From: Octopus sinensis
Lineage: Eukaryota
DNA: 64,000 nucleotides
NCBI RefSeq assembly: GCF_006345805.1
Contig: NC_042999.1
Span: 97,588,001-97,652,000, forward strand
Direction of reading: 5' to 3'
Shown here one piece after another: positions 37,271 to 50,420 of this stretch. A program made the position numbers and the translations under genes. Below the pieces are notes generated by a model, which had not been told where the DNA came from, made no database searches, and was given only the letters and a program-made list of their open reading frames with translations. Numbering within the stretch: the stretch's first letter is position 1; every line of letters begins with the position of its first letter.

Positions 37271-39589
37271 ACCTGCCTGTCGCTCCCTGGGAGTTTAATT
37301 ATTTCTATTTATGAATTGATCGGATGAGGAAAGAATAGTGACCAGACCTTCGTTGATCCTCCGAGGCTGGTGATACTAATGTAGTCAGCTGTCCAACTTG
37401 ATCTTTTGCAAAAAGAAAATGGAGTTGTAACTCTCGAGCGTAACAAATGCTTGTTCAAAGCGATTTAGTACGAGGCCTAAAGATTAAAAGACAGGATTGT
37501 CGAGAGCAGAGATGGGTAGATCGAGTGTGTCTACTTCGAGATGGTGTGCATCTTGTTTTGAATAACGAAGAAACCCTAATACAAGAGACAAGAAAAACAA
37601 CTCCGTGAGCCAGTAGCCGTTATATGTTAATAGGGTAAAATCGCTTACAAAACGTTAGCTAAGGGAATTAATTCAACCGGTCTTGTGGCATGAGTTTAGA
37701 TAATTCAGGTAAAAAAAACGTGTACAGAAACGCTTGGTGATTTGAAATTTGCCTTTTAGTGGAGAAGGATAAGACAAACTTTGCTGTTAATTGTTAGCAA
37801 CACATAAAGGGAAGAGCAAATAATTTCAAGAAATATTTATGAATAAACAGCTGCGCCGTCTTGTGTCTAGGAATCCTGCTAGGCATGTCAGTTCTACAAT
37901 ACACCTCAGTCATACTTGAACATTAATGTGACTCAGCAACTTATTAAAGATGAAGTATATTCTAACCTTGAAAGGGAATCTTAATGTTTGGGATCCAGAT
38001 TATGGCAGTGTTGCTATGGCAGTGAACAGATTGAGTCGTTAACGCACTAGACAAAATGCTTAGCAGCATTTCTTGCGGTTCTTTAGGCGCTGAGTTCAAA
38101 TGCCGCCGAGGTCGACTTTGCCTTTTGTCTTTTGGGAGTCAATAAAATAAAAACCAGATGAGCACTGTAGTCAATGTAATCGATTTCCTCCTCCACTCAA
38201 AATTGCTAGCGTTGTGCCTATTTTGGAAAAAAAATTGAGGTGTCGAGCTGGCAGAATCGAAGCGAAGCGGACAAAATGATTAGCGGCATTTCTTCCAGTT
38301 CTTTATGTTCTGAGTTCAAATTCCGCCGAAGTTGGCTTTGCCTTTCATCTTTTCAGGGTCGATGAAATAAGTATCAGTTAAGCCTTAAAGTCGATGTAAT
38401 CAGCTTCCCTTTCCCCATAAATACTGTTAGATTTGTGCCAAAACTTAGAAAGCGTTATTAGAGCCTTCGAGCTGGCAGAATTGCATGGGAGTCGAACAAA
38501 ATGCTTAGCAACATTTCTTCCGGCTTTTTACGTTTTGAGTTCAAATTCCGCCAAGATCGACTTTGCCTTTCATCGTTTTGGTATCGATGAAATATGTACC
38601 AGCCAAAGACTGGGGTCGATATTATCGACTTGCCCCACTCTCCTCAAAATAGTTGGCCTTGTGCCAAAATTAGAAAGAATTATTATTGTTGATGATGAAA
38701 TTGTCTAGTCCTAGCTTAGCAATGACTGGGCAGATCTGTGATGAAAGATGCTTCGGCCGTGACTTACAATGTATGAGGATGTTGAAAGGAATTACATTTG
38801 GATATGTTAGTTATTAGACCTGTATAGTTCTCTTCGGTGTGGGCCATAAGTGCCATGGTTGCTCAGTGTTTGAGACAAGGTTCTGAATGGACACATAGAC
38901 AGAGTTAAACAGTTACGGGTTACTTGACAGGGTAGAGGCTGTATAGTGTATGTTTGCGGTTGTAGTATTTGAGCTGGGGAAACTAATATTTTGTCCAGAT
39001 CTCAGACACATAAATATCATAAGCCTTTTCAAGGCTTATGATATTTATGTGTCAATGGGAAATTATTAATTACTAGCGGGACCCGGGAATATTCCATGGA
39101 ATTAATGGTAAACTTATTGGGTTATTTCTGAAAACTTTATCCAAAAAACCTGAAAGGGTAGTCTGTATCAAAAGATAATCGTTCATCTGCTTATCATTAA
39201 AAAGTGAAGGAAACTGGAATACGATAATTAATTAATACACTTTATATACTTTATGTACAATTTTATTGACTTAATACACAGAGCTCCCCCTCTTTCTTTT
39301 CACTCTTCGCTTTACCTTCTTTCGTTTAAGACAGCTCCGTTTTCTGTTCGCTTATAACGACTTCCAACTGAATCCGTATTTCAAACGTAAGTTATAATGC
39401 TTTCCCTAACTCATGCATACACACAGACTACGCTCTTTTGACTTGTTAGCTCTTGCAATAATTTAATAAATTAAATTATTTGTTTAAAAACTGCCTTCTG
39501 ATATTCCATTACACATGCTTCTCAAAAGCTCGTTTACTGGACTTTTCCACGAACATTTTCATGCATTAGATTAGCATCACCTCACCACT

Positions 39590-39956
39590 AAACACATAAC
39601 TGGCACTCCGTCAGTTACGACGACAAGGATTCAAGCTGATCCGATCAAAGGAACAACCTGCTCATGAAATTAACGTTGTAAGTGGCTGAGCACTCCACAA
39701 ACACGCGGATCCTTAACATAGTTCCCAGGGAGATTCAGTGTGACAAAGAATGTAACAGGGCTGGCCCTTTGAATTACGGTCAATATACAGTTCGAGACTC
39801 GTTAATGAAAACAGGTACTACTCATTTTTGCCAACTGAATAGACTGGAACAGCATGAAATAAAATGCCTTGCTCAAGGACACAACGCACCACCGGTTTTC
39901 GAACTCACGATCTTACGATCGTGAGCCGAATACCCTAACCACTAAGCCACGCACCT
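39590..39956 (-). mobile_element. tRNA-derived SINE of a third family
   Basis: Minus strand ggtgcgtggcttagtggttagggt..gagttcga..tgtgtccttgagcaaggca..; contains an insertion of about 30 bp near 39777-39810. Confidence 0.7.
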
Positions 39957-41499
39957 TACTGTGCGCACGCACACACACATACATACGTACGTACGTACGC
40001 ACGCTTTTGAAATACAGTATGTAAGTGATACAAAAAATGTTGGCATGGTTTCAATTCAATATATAATTCTTCAGGGAGGCGAGCTGGCAGAGTCGTTAGC
40101 ACGCCGGGCGAAATGCTTAGCGGTATTTCGTCTGCCGTTACGTTCTGAGTTCAAATTCCGCCGAGGTCGACTTTGCCTTTCATCCTTTCAGGGTCGATTA
40201 AATAAGTACCAGTTACGCACCGAGGTCGATGTAATAGACTTAATCCGTTTGTCTGTTCTTGTTTGTCCCCTCTATGTTTAGCTCCCTGTGGGAAATAATT
40301 ATATAATTCTTCATTGTTATTGTTATTCAAACTCCAACAAAGGAACTTTGTTTCTTAGAAACCATCTAGTTCTTTACAGGAAGAATTCAAATAAAAATAA
40401 GAAAGAACATATATACATGCACGCACATTCTCTCTCTCTCACACACCTGGAGATATTTTCATATATAAATACACGAATATTTCTATAGATACGAAGCATA
40501 AATGTATGCTTTGTGACTAAATCCATAAAACATCTTTACCAACATCACCACTAATCCTACGCCATCAATTTGGAATCTATGTTAAAAGAAGTTGAAACGA
40601 AACGATGTTAAAGGGACACGAGAAAGAGACCTAATATTTGGATATCCCTCATAAAATATTGATTTTCCGTGTTCTGCAGAAAGGACATGACATTGTTTTG
40701 TCTTTATTTTTTACTTAAACAATAGAAATCAGTATTAATGTGACAACTGACTTCTTTTTAATGACTTATTCACTGGAAAAAAGCAGCAGCTATAATCTTT
40801 TTCTCAAGGTTTCCAAGACAGGTAGGATGGTGGGGGGATGTTTTCCTCAGATGAAAGATCTGGCTCGAAAGCTTGCAACAAACTGGACTCGCCTAATGAC
40901 TAAATTGTGCTGTCCAAATGAACAAAAAGAAAAAAAAGTTTAGGCTACCTGCCTCATTCTAAGAACAGAAACTGTCCCAGCAGACATAATATACTATCTC
41001 ATAGATGCACATTTCTTCCCACACACTTTTGCTGTAACCAAAGTGGCCCCTGCTTTTCTCAACTACATGTTGTCATCATTTAGATCCTGTCATCTTTATT
41101 GGCACTGCACTGAACACTTCGTTGAAATCTATTCGCCCTAGGCCATCCCTCTGGAATTCTTTTACAGACCACGGTTCATCTAGACACTGAGCTGTGGATG
41201 TTCATGTAACAATACATCAACTGCAACAATGTCAGCAGTCTGAACACTCACAAATGAAGAAGGTTACGTGTGCAGGAAATGAGCAAACTAGAATAAGAAT
41301 CGTTAAATATTTTATTAACCTGCATTGCTATATTTACAAATGGACATTCAATAAATTAATGAATCAATTTGCAATGAACAATAGTAAGGAATCTTCGGTA
41401 TATAACTTGCTGTATAATGTAATGAAGGCAGTACATCGTGTACTGCCTTCATTACATTAATCACTGCATATAAATAATATGGATTACTGGATGTGTGCA

Positions 41500-41663
41500 T
41501 AGACGCAGGAATAAGTAATTGTGTGGTTAGTAGTTTGCTTCCCAACTACATGGTTCCGGGTTCCCACTGCATGGTACCTTGGGCAAGAGTCTTCTACTAT
41601 AGTCTCGGGCCGACCAAAGTCTTATGAGTGGATTTGGTGTACGGAAACTGAAAGAAGCCCGTC

Positions 41664-41665
<2 letters not shown>
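41500..41665 (+). mobile_element. Short tRNA-related SINE of a fourth family
   Basis: tgtggttagtagtttgcttccc..cttgggcaagagtcttctactatag..gagtggatttgg..gaaactgaaagaagcccgtcg. Reverse copies at about 5820-5975, 15930-16085, 28160-28255, 33700-33860 and 49420-49580. Confidence 0.7.
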
Positions 41666-41698
<33 letters not shown>

Positions 41699-41701
<3 letters not shown>

Positions 41702-42083
41702 TAGCAGCATAGCCCGGCGTTGCCCGGGCATGTAAGAGCCCCTAGTAGGCAACGACTAATCCTAATCTAGTTCTTTCCCTCTAGGGAACGAAGGCGCATG
41801 TGTAGGTTGCAATGTCTTCTCTTCACTTGAATACTTCTATGTATACGATGTTCCTAGCTGTCTCCCGACAGAAAATGTGTTGCATATAAAAAGCTTAGAT
41901 TCTCGACCCCATGTCGAATTTATCGATTTTTTTCAGAACTGGGGGAACTTTTCAAAATTTTCACTGCGTTAGTTTTGAATTATGACATTGGGCTATGTGT
42001 GTGTCAAGTTTCATCAGAATCGGTTGAAAGCCGTGGTCAGGGTGAGGGTACAACCTGACAGACACACAGACAGACAAACTGCC

Positions 42084-42092
<9 letters not shown>
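41699..42092 (+). mobile_element. Non-autonomous Helitron/Helentron-associated element
   Basis: Begins actagc with a gcccgg-cgttg-cccgggc hairpin and ends caagtttcatcagaatcggt..acagacagacaaa..tttatata. Sits between (TA)n tracts. Confidence 0.45.
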
Positions 42093-42126
<34 letters not shown>

Positions 42127-44299
42127 TATATATGTGTGTGTGTGTGTTTGTCCCCGCCATCGCTTGACAACGTATGTTGGTGTGTTTATGTCCCTGTAAC
42201 TTAGCGGTTCAGCAAAAGCGACCGATAGAATAAGTACTAGGTTTACAAACCCTGGGGTCGATTTGTTCGACTAAAGGCGGTGTATGGCCGCGTCTGATAT
42301 GACTGAAATAAATAAAAGAAATGTTACTTAAATGTGAAAGAGGGGAGAGAGAGAACAACTCGTTGAGACAAGCGACATAGATTGCACTAGACGGTTTAAC
42401 GGCTCTCTATAGTCTTATGTTGAATTTTCCAAGAGAAGTAGTAAACGAGGTGAAAAACTGTTATGTAAGAAGGGGAGGGCTATAACAGGACCCCTATAAA
42501 CTTGCAGCAAGTCAGATTCACTCAAAAATGTATTATGGTTTGGTCCACGAATTCCAGAATTTTCTGTAGTCCATTTGGCGAAAAGATTTTTATTTGCTAA
42601 TCAATTTGGTTGGCTGATTCACAATTGCGCGAGCTCAACGCCTTTTATGGTAGCTGTGGTCCGACGTAAGGAAAATCTGAAAACTATGGTTCAAATTTCG
42701 CTGAGTTCACACTACAAATTTATTTTTTAAAAAAATAATAAGATAAAAACAATCCAACTGACTCTTATACCAACCACATGAACAGCTATACACACACAAT
42801 GAAGACGCAAGAACTATGAAGCTAAAAATATCCTGCAACAATATTCATGCGACATATTTGCAGTGGTTGAAAGAAATAGTATATTCCATTTGTGGTGTGT
42901 CAAAGAGAGAAGGGTGGAGGGGAATGAGGAGAGGACAGTCAAAAGACAGAAATGGTTGTGTAACCAGATTAAACGTCTTGCAGTATTTGCTTACATTATA
43001 TTTGGCTAACATTGCCATATAGCCATATCAGATTGGATAAAATAAATATTACCAGTAATAGTATTTGTTAATTTTACCATATGTTTCGCAAATAGAAATA
43101 TCTGGACTGCAATATCTCGAAATTTGCTGTCGGGTGTGCAGGCACGCGAACACACACACAACCTTAGAACAATGTTCCTTATAGGAAAGGAGACAGGCAA
43201 ATTATCATGTTTAATAAAATTAAAATGGTTTTAAACCTCTTTAACATGTTCAACACTATGGCGAAGGAAGAAGTATAATTGAGCTTGCACAAGCCCAATT
43301 TTATCTATTTATTAATAAAGGACGGGAACAGAACTGTTTTAACAACATTACAAGGCCTCAGTTACTGCAGTATTCTGTGGCTCCTCTACACACAATCTAC
43401 ACTATACATAAATTACCGTTGGACCCCTAGTTTCGTACCCTTTCTACCTCATCCACACGCAACCTACACAGTTTACTTAAATTAACATTAGTCCCCTAAG
43501 GTCCCAGAAAACTGCCCAGTGTATCTATATCTTGAGACGACTCTGGATGGAGGTCCAAAAATATTTCAGACTGCAATATAAGAATCAATGAAACTGATGA
43601 GGTTTTCAACTTTAAGATATCCTAAGTTAATCGTAAATTCGCATTGTTTAAACTGCAAAAGAGCGTATTAAACCACTTGACCTGCAAAGCATAACGGTGC
43701 GATCTCCTTGAGGAAATCTTGATGACAGTTACGTAATCGTTCAAAAAATATTAACCCTTTTATTTATTAAAGTGGTAAGTTCTTCATACAACCTTCATAA
43801 TCTTGAACCTTTGAAAGAGCTCATTTATTCCTTTAACAAAAAAAAACTTTCATTACATGGTGCCATCTACTTCTAGCTGCATAGCCCTCGAGCCAACGGG
43901 GGAAACCTCTACATGGTCACTTATTCTGTTCTTTCCTTCACTCTTCATTATCACATCTCTACAAAACTACAAATAGCTTCATGACATATTCACATCATTC
44001 CGTCGTTCTAGTGTCATTACTGCACTAATCCAACCGTACAATTAACAATCCACTGTCTTCTTTCTTGTTATCAACACCAAGAACAAGTACTACCTACGAT
44101 TACACTCATAAACATAACACTCGCTCATACGTTTTGTGTATGTGACTTTAAAGTCACAAAACGTGCAATATTCACAACACCCAGAAGTCATTGTAAGGAA
44201 AAGAAAATGGAATTACAGAAAACGCATTTGATAACAGGAAAGAACAACAGTGGTTGTACACATATTACATTAAATCCACCATAGACTATATTAATCCTA

Positions 44300-44640
44300 C
44301 CTGAACCTGCCATTTCTCTACAACAAATCAGAGTAAACCACAAAGAATCCAAAACTATGTATATAGACCAAACCCGGTACTAGTAGCGTAGACTGGACCC
44401 GGTTCGCGCAGACGCGCGTCCGTGCTAGCCAGACGTAGGCAGTCGATCCTACGAGCTGACTGGCGCATGCACGATATATACTTGTATCGATATATACTTG
44501 TATCGCACGTCCCCGATTCGCGTACCACCAAACCCACAGACTCCTTCATAACGAAACGAAAATATCAAAACTTTAAGGACAGCCTCGACATGTGACGGAC
44601 GTAGTTCGTTGCCACTTGTTGACAAAAGTAAAGAATACGT
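44300..44640. promoter_or_regulatory. CpG-island-like putative promoter
   Basis: Very high CG density for this window (cggttcgcgcagacgcgcgtccg, ggcgcatgcacg, gattcgcgtac). An adjacent minus-strand aaaATGGCAGGTTCAG|gtagga is exon-like. Confidence 0.4.
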
Positions 44641-45499
44641 ACACCCAGTGTATAAGGTTAGAGTTTTTGGGCGATTCCAAAACCATTATCTTTCCAACTC
44701 AGATAAGGAAACATATGGAACACAGATGCAGAAATAGCTTTAATATCAATAATCCTCAGTAGTTCAAAGCACTTGGGATACACATCACCAACAAATGCAG
44801 AGGAGCAGCAACTGCTGCGCTTTGAGTCCACGATCACCTCAGTTGTGACCGTCACCAGAACGTACTGGCGTTCAGAAATAGACTGGACAGTGAAGGTGCA
44901 ATATGTCCAGAATGTCATACGATTCATCACTTTATGTCATAGTGTGCTGCATGGTCCTCATCTTGAAAGAGACATGGTATATCTATGAAAATAGATCTCA
45001 CATATAGTCATATAGTGGGAAACCTGTAGGAAAAGTTTTTTCCCTCGATCAGGGCAGACCTTACAGTTCAATTATAATAGCATCATCACCATTACCACCA
45101 CCATTACTGTTCGTGACTAAGCACTGTTTGTTTTATGATCTTTGTCTATAATATGTAACCCTTCCCCAGTTCATACACACAAGCGGTCCACGAAATTGGA
45201 AACTGTCTATATTTGTTTAGTGAGTACACACGCGCGCACATCATTATCATCATCAACAATAACAATAGTAGATCACCTCTATGTGCAACAAACTACTTCT
45301 AAGACAGAGAAGAAAGCAAAAGATAATGTTTGTCCCACTATCATTTTCTTCAATTAAAACTATTCTTGCCTGCATTTTAAACAACTGCAATTATCCTTTT
45401 ATAGATACATCTTTCAAAATTCCAATTTAAATTTTCATACATCAGCTAGTGGTGCTTGATTTTCTTTTTTTAATCGAGAAAAATACAGTGAAGGATAGA

Positions 45500-48090
45500 G
45501 GTGGGGTAAAAAATTTTTTGTTAGATTCTTCTCTGAAGAACATGAATAGAGGCATTATATTGTCCCAAGCAGTAGCTAGGGCTTCTTTTTGATTTTCATA
45601 CTTGGACAGGCATGTGGTGAACATTAACATTGCTGATGTGTTACCCGAATTATATATCTGGTTGGGTGGTAGCACGAGTTGTTTTAGAAGGAGCTGATTC
45701 CCTTCTGGACATTACGAGACACTGACAGGAAAACTTGTTGAGAATTGAGTTGAAAGGTATCTAAATCAAACTACAAAATCTAGACTAAATTCTGAATCTT
45801 ACTGAACTCTAACGAGACAAAAACTGGATTTATGGTAGAAAGGAGAAAACTGAGGTGCTACTTATACAGCAGTGCCAACCATTTCAAGGTCCTCTCTCCA
45901 CACCTGCAAAGAGGAGCAGAAAGAAGGCCTGCACTCCTGCCAATATCTCATCTAGAACAGCATCAAGAACTACAACAAAACCAGCAATGGCAGCAGCAAA
46001 AACAAAACAGATATTCCCAATACAACAGTAAACCATGATATTAAACCCTCACCAAAAGAAAACCTCCCAACGATGCCCCCCCCCCCGCCCCAGAAAATTG
46101 CAAACACAAGCATACACATAGTTCCAGACTCATCTCCCCTCTCAACTACTTAAAGACCTCCCTGGATCATGGATCTCACCAAGCAATGAAACCAAACCAG
46201 AGGGAAGTGCAGTAGGGAGTAATCAGCTGCCCCAAGAAGAAAGCTGGATAATTTAAAGGGATGATAGACTGTTTTTAAGGTTACAACACACCTGTAGCTC
46301 TACCAAAATCTTAACAGTAGCAACAATAACAACTTCAACGAAAATCACACATATTACTCCAAATACAATCACAGAAAAAAGAAAAATACCAATCACAGAA
46401 TCAATACAGTAAAAAAAAATAAACTTCACAGTTGTTCAAAAGTGCAACATTGAATTGATGGAGGGGGTAATAAACAACTAAAACATTGTTACCAATGGGG
46501 AAGGCTTTGAAGAGCTTCTTCCCCCAAACTCCCAAAGATAGCCTCTTAATACAAACAGATTTACAGATACGGAGAGAGTTAAAAAGAAATGTTCCCTTTG
46601 ACATTGCATCTTTTCGAAAAAAAAAAAAAAAAAAGCCCAATAGGAATACTTTACAAATACCTTTCAAAACTTCCCTCTAAACCAACAAGGAAAATGAATT
46701 AATCACACTCCTTGAGGACAAACGTAAGTAACTTTTTCCATTCCTTTGTCTCCAACAAACATGCTTATCTTCAAAGTTGGGTGTATCAATGGGGTCATCT
46801 TGGAAGCCAGGTTACTTACTCAATAATCTCAGGTCATGAGGCACAGATGTAACAGCCATTAATATGACCAGCACCCCTAGAGCATATGCATCCTCACCCA
46901 ATTCTGATGTATACTAGGTGTACATATTTTGTGGTCTGTCAGGATCAGGTGGTGAGATGGCACTGTTATTCCAAAAATCCTTAGATTTCAAGATGCTGAC
47001 AATTTTGGATGCAAACAGTAAATCGGTAGTTTTGAGTGTAAAGCAGCAGTGAAAGTGGTGCCTTCAGACACTAGTCTGAAGGCACCACAGTTGGGTTGTC
47101 AATACTTCAAAGTGGTAGAGCAGACCAATTTCTTCAGTTATGAAGAAGTTTTCCTGGGGAGATCCTAATCATTACTACTAGTGGAGGACTGGAACTGTAT
47201 TTTAGATGCACATAGGACTGTGTGGGAAGATTGCATGAGAATAGAGTTTGCAAAAGCTTTGGAAGCTACAACAATTTTCTGTTTGACAGGTACTGACTAG
47301 ATTTCCCTGATGTACCAGTGTGGACATGATGCCACACCAACTGGACATCCAGATCATAATCTAGATAGAATGTGTGGTGGGTCATCAAGTAGGGATAGAG
47401 TATGATGTTCACATTTTAAGCTGGTCAGCCAACATAAACTACAAATTTTTGATCTGCTCAGTCAACTTAGATAAGGCTCATTGACAGGGACTCTATTATT
47501 AGAAGTTGAACATGTCCTTACCAGCATGCAAAGACTACAGGGACTGGATTTGTTAATTGATTAAGCAGCAATTAACAGGGGCTATTGTAAATAACCATGG
47601 TACACCACCTTGAAGAGGGCAATTAGAGCAGCGTTGATAGCAGTAGAGAGAAATAGATTGGAGAGCAAACTAATTAGCAATCTAGATAAGGTGACTATCT
47701 AGTGAAGGAATCACAGCCAATATACTAATGGCAAGAATGGCCCTTAACTATGTTTTTTATGTGCAACACAAAAGCTGAATTGTCAGAGCCAAAGTCAGTG
47801 CACTAAAACAATAGAAAACAATAGCTTTTGATCGGCCCCTGTGACAGAGGCACAATGTAGGCAATAAAGTCACTATCAGGTCTTTAACATTAAGATGGAT
47901 GCATGTTACTCAGTTCCAAGCAGATGTGTGTGGCTTCTAAGTAGCACTAAGTAGCTGAACTGTTCAGGGTGGGCAAGGAGTCAAAGATAGCAGTGGACTT
48001 CAATCTCTTCCTCATTGAGATGACAAGGGTGGGAGTACAAGACTAGTTTAAACAAGAAAAACAGTGAAGTCTTGAAGAGGGATACATACA
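45500..48090 (+). mobile_element. Highly decayed L1/Tx1-like LINE (ORF1 remnant plus APE endonuclease region)
   Basis: LLVEDWNCILDAH (about 47175-47215, a GDxN-like motif), degenerate WT..TSRS.LDR (about 47320-47370) and YxKLNMSL (about 47495-47520). Many stops. Confidence 0.6.
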
Positions 48091-48679
48091 GCAGTGAGTT
48101 GCTTTATTCTCAGAAAGAAAACATACATTAATACACACATATGCATGTGTATGTGTGTGCATGTATGGTGAGGATATTCTAGCCACGTCTGTATATTTCA
48201 AGTGGGAGTTAAACAACTATTTACAGTAGGATTAGTCATATTATCACTATAGGCAATATTAAAAAAAAATATTTACTTTAAACTTTAAACTGTATCATGT
48301 TAAGTCATTCTTATATGTTTAGTGAGTAGAATTTGGGTCAGATTTAACAAAGCACATTATAAACCATACCAAAGAGCTTCTCTGGCTATTTACTTTGGTT
48401 AATGGTAGAAATGACCAACACATTAGAAAATACTGGAGTAAATACATTAATGTATTTAGATTCAAGCACCTTAGTTCCGAGTTCAAGTCTGCCTGTCAGT
48501 ATACACACACATACACAAATATATCTATAGATATCTATGTAGTTGACCTATTGATATCAATCTGTCTACCTGCTATTTATCTCTCTCTCTCTCTTTGTAT
48601 CTTTGTATATGATAGCAAGTTGACACTGTGTTATGCTGATAAAACATAACAGATTGAAACATCGAAATTGAACCAATCC

Positions 48680-49150
48680 TATGACTGGCACCCGGCAGTT
48701 GCCAGGGCCGCTGGACTGACTTGTGTGCAGGTGGCAAGTAAAGAAACACCGTTTCGACCCTGTGCTTGAGGAGATCCATTGAGTCAAGTACACCAACATC
48801 AAAAATCAATGGAAACTGCAGTTGTGATCCCTGTGCTGGTGGCACATAAAAAGCACCATCTGAACGTGGCTGATGCCAGTGCCACTTAGACTGGCTTCCG
48901 TGCTGGTGGCACATAAAAAGCACCAATCCGATCGTGGCCGTTGCCAGCCTCACCTGGCACCTGTGCCAGTGGCACGTAAAAAGCACCCACTACACTCACG
49001 GAGTGGTTGGTGTTAGGAAGGGTATCCAGCTGTAGAAACACTGCCAGATCAGACTGGAGCCTGGTGCAGCCTTCTGGCTTTCCAGATCCCCGGTCGAACC
49101 GTCCAACCCATGCTAACATGGAGAATGGACGTTAAACGATGATGATGATG
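48680..49150 (+). mobile_element. RTE-3'-end-like repeat ending in (GAT)n
   Basis: taaaaagcacccactacactc..gttaggaagggcatccagctgtagaaac..catgctagcatgg..gttaaacgatgatgatg. Copies at about 2680-2895, 6620-6960, 19650-20370, 24310-24600, 31000-31190, 32230-32360, 51480-51690, 56130-56600 and 58600-58800. Confidence 0.7.
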
Positions 49151-50035
49151 ATTTTAATATCCTCTTTTCTATGCTTGTGTTGATCAGATGGAATTTATTG
49201 ACAGATTTTCTATGGTTGGATGCCCTTCTTGTTGCCAACTCTGACTTATTTTCAAGTAGTAATATTTCCCTCTGGTCAGGCATGTTTTAATCAAATATTG
49301 GAAATGATTGTCACTGCTTGTAAAACAGTAGCACTCATTTACAACTATCACACAATGTCAAGACAAGGAGACAAGCACACATACAGATATATATATATAT
49401 ATATATATATACACTTACAAGCTCCTTTCAATTTCTGTCCACAAAATCCACTTACAAGGGTTTGGTTAGCCTGAGTCTATAGTAGAAGACATTGCCTAAG
49501 GTGCCATACAGTGGGACTGAACTCAGAACCTTGTGTTTAGGAAGCAAACTTCTTAACCACACAGCTATGCCTGCATCTCATACATAGTTATCCTTTGTGT
49601 GCAGCACAGACAAGACTGCTTTTCTCAAGCATGAAAAAAAAATTTTTTTAATTAAAAAAATCTGTACATTTCTTTAAGTTATCTCCTTTTTCCTTGAGAG
49701 TTGCTTATAATTGCTGCAAGGTTTTTTCGTCCCCCAGAGAGAAATTTTTTAAAAATTAAGAGTTCAGTGTTATGTACAACATGCGGTTAACTACACCCCA
49801 ACTTAGATATCTAACATTGTCTGATATATATATATTTTCTCACTCTGTGCTTTCCATGCATTTTCAATCAAATCTCCTGCAAATTAACATGTAACCTTCA
49901 TTTGATTAAGGTATCTTTGGCCCAAGTAGCTAGCGGATTACCCCTTGTTTGGGTAATTACTACTTCTGAAGTTCTGCTAGCAATGAAACATGTATAGCCT
50001 GGATTTTATATATTCCATTCCCTAATTTTGGATTA

Positions 50036-50420
50036 TCTATTATATAAAATCCGTTCTGTCTTTCTGTGTGTGTGCCTTCTAGGATCTCGGGCATCCTCCA
50101 TCTGATTGCACTCAAATTTGATATGTAGATACTGATGGTATCAGGGCATATATAAGTCTTGAAAAAATTACAAAAATCGATTCCAGGTGAGAATGTGATC
50201 GATAAAGCTGTGGGAACGTGCATTTGTACGCGCAAGTAAATCAGCTGTTGCGATCAATACTATGCGTACGTGAGAAAAATGCACATGCAGTTTGTGCAAA
50301 AAAAGCCAGCTGGCTTGAAATAATGCCACATGGGATGGTCAGACAAGTTGTTTTGAGAAAATTTGGTTTAAATGTTTGACAACTCAGCACCGTCCATTGG
50401 ACAGGGGGTGCTTTGCTCGT
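50036..50420 (+). mobile_element. Non-autonomous Helitron-like element
   Basis: Starts a|tctattatataaaa. 3' hairpin agcacc-gtcc-att-ggac..ggtgct is followed by ctcgt. A similar 5' start occurs at about 6438. Confidence 0.5.

Noticed and set aside
36857-37327. 156-aa hydrophobic ORF
   Set aside because: Product of a CT-rich low-complexity tract.
45442-45675. Minus ORF with AWDNIMPLFMFF, superficially like an IS256/Mutator transposase
   Set aside because: Lies antisense within the decayed L1/Tx1-like element; catalytic motifs are absent.
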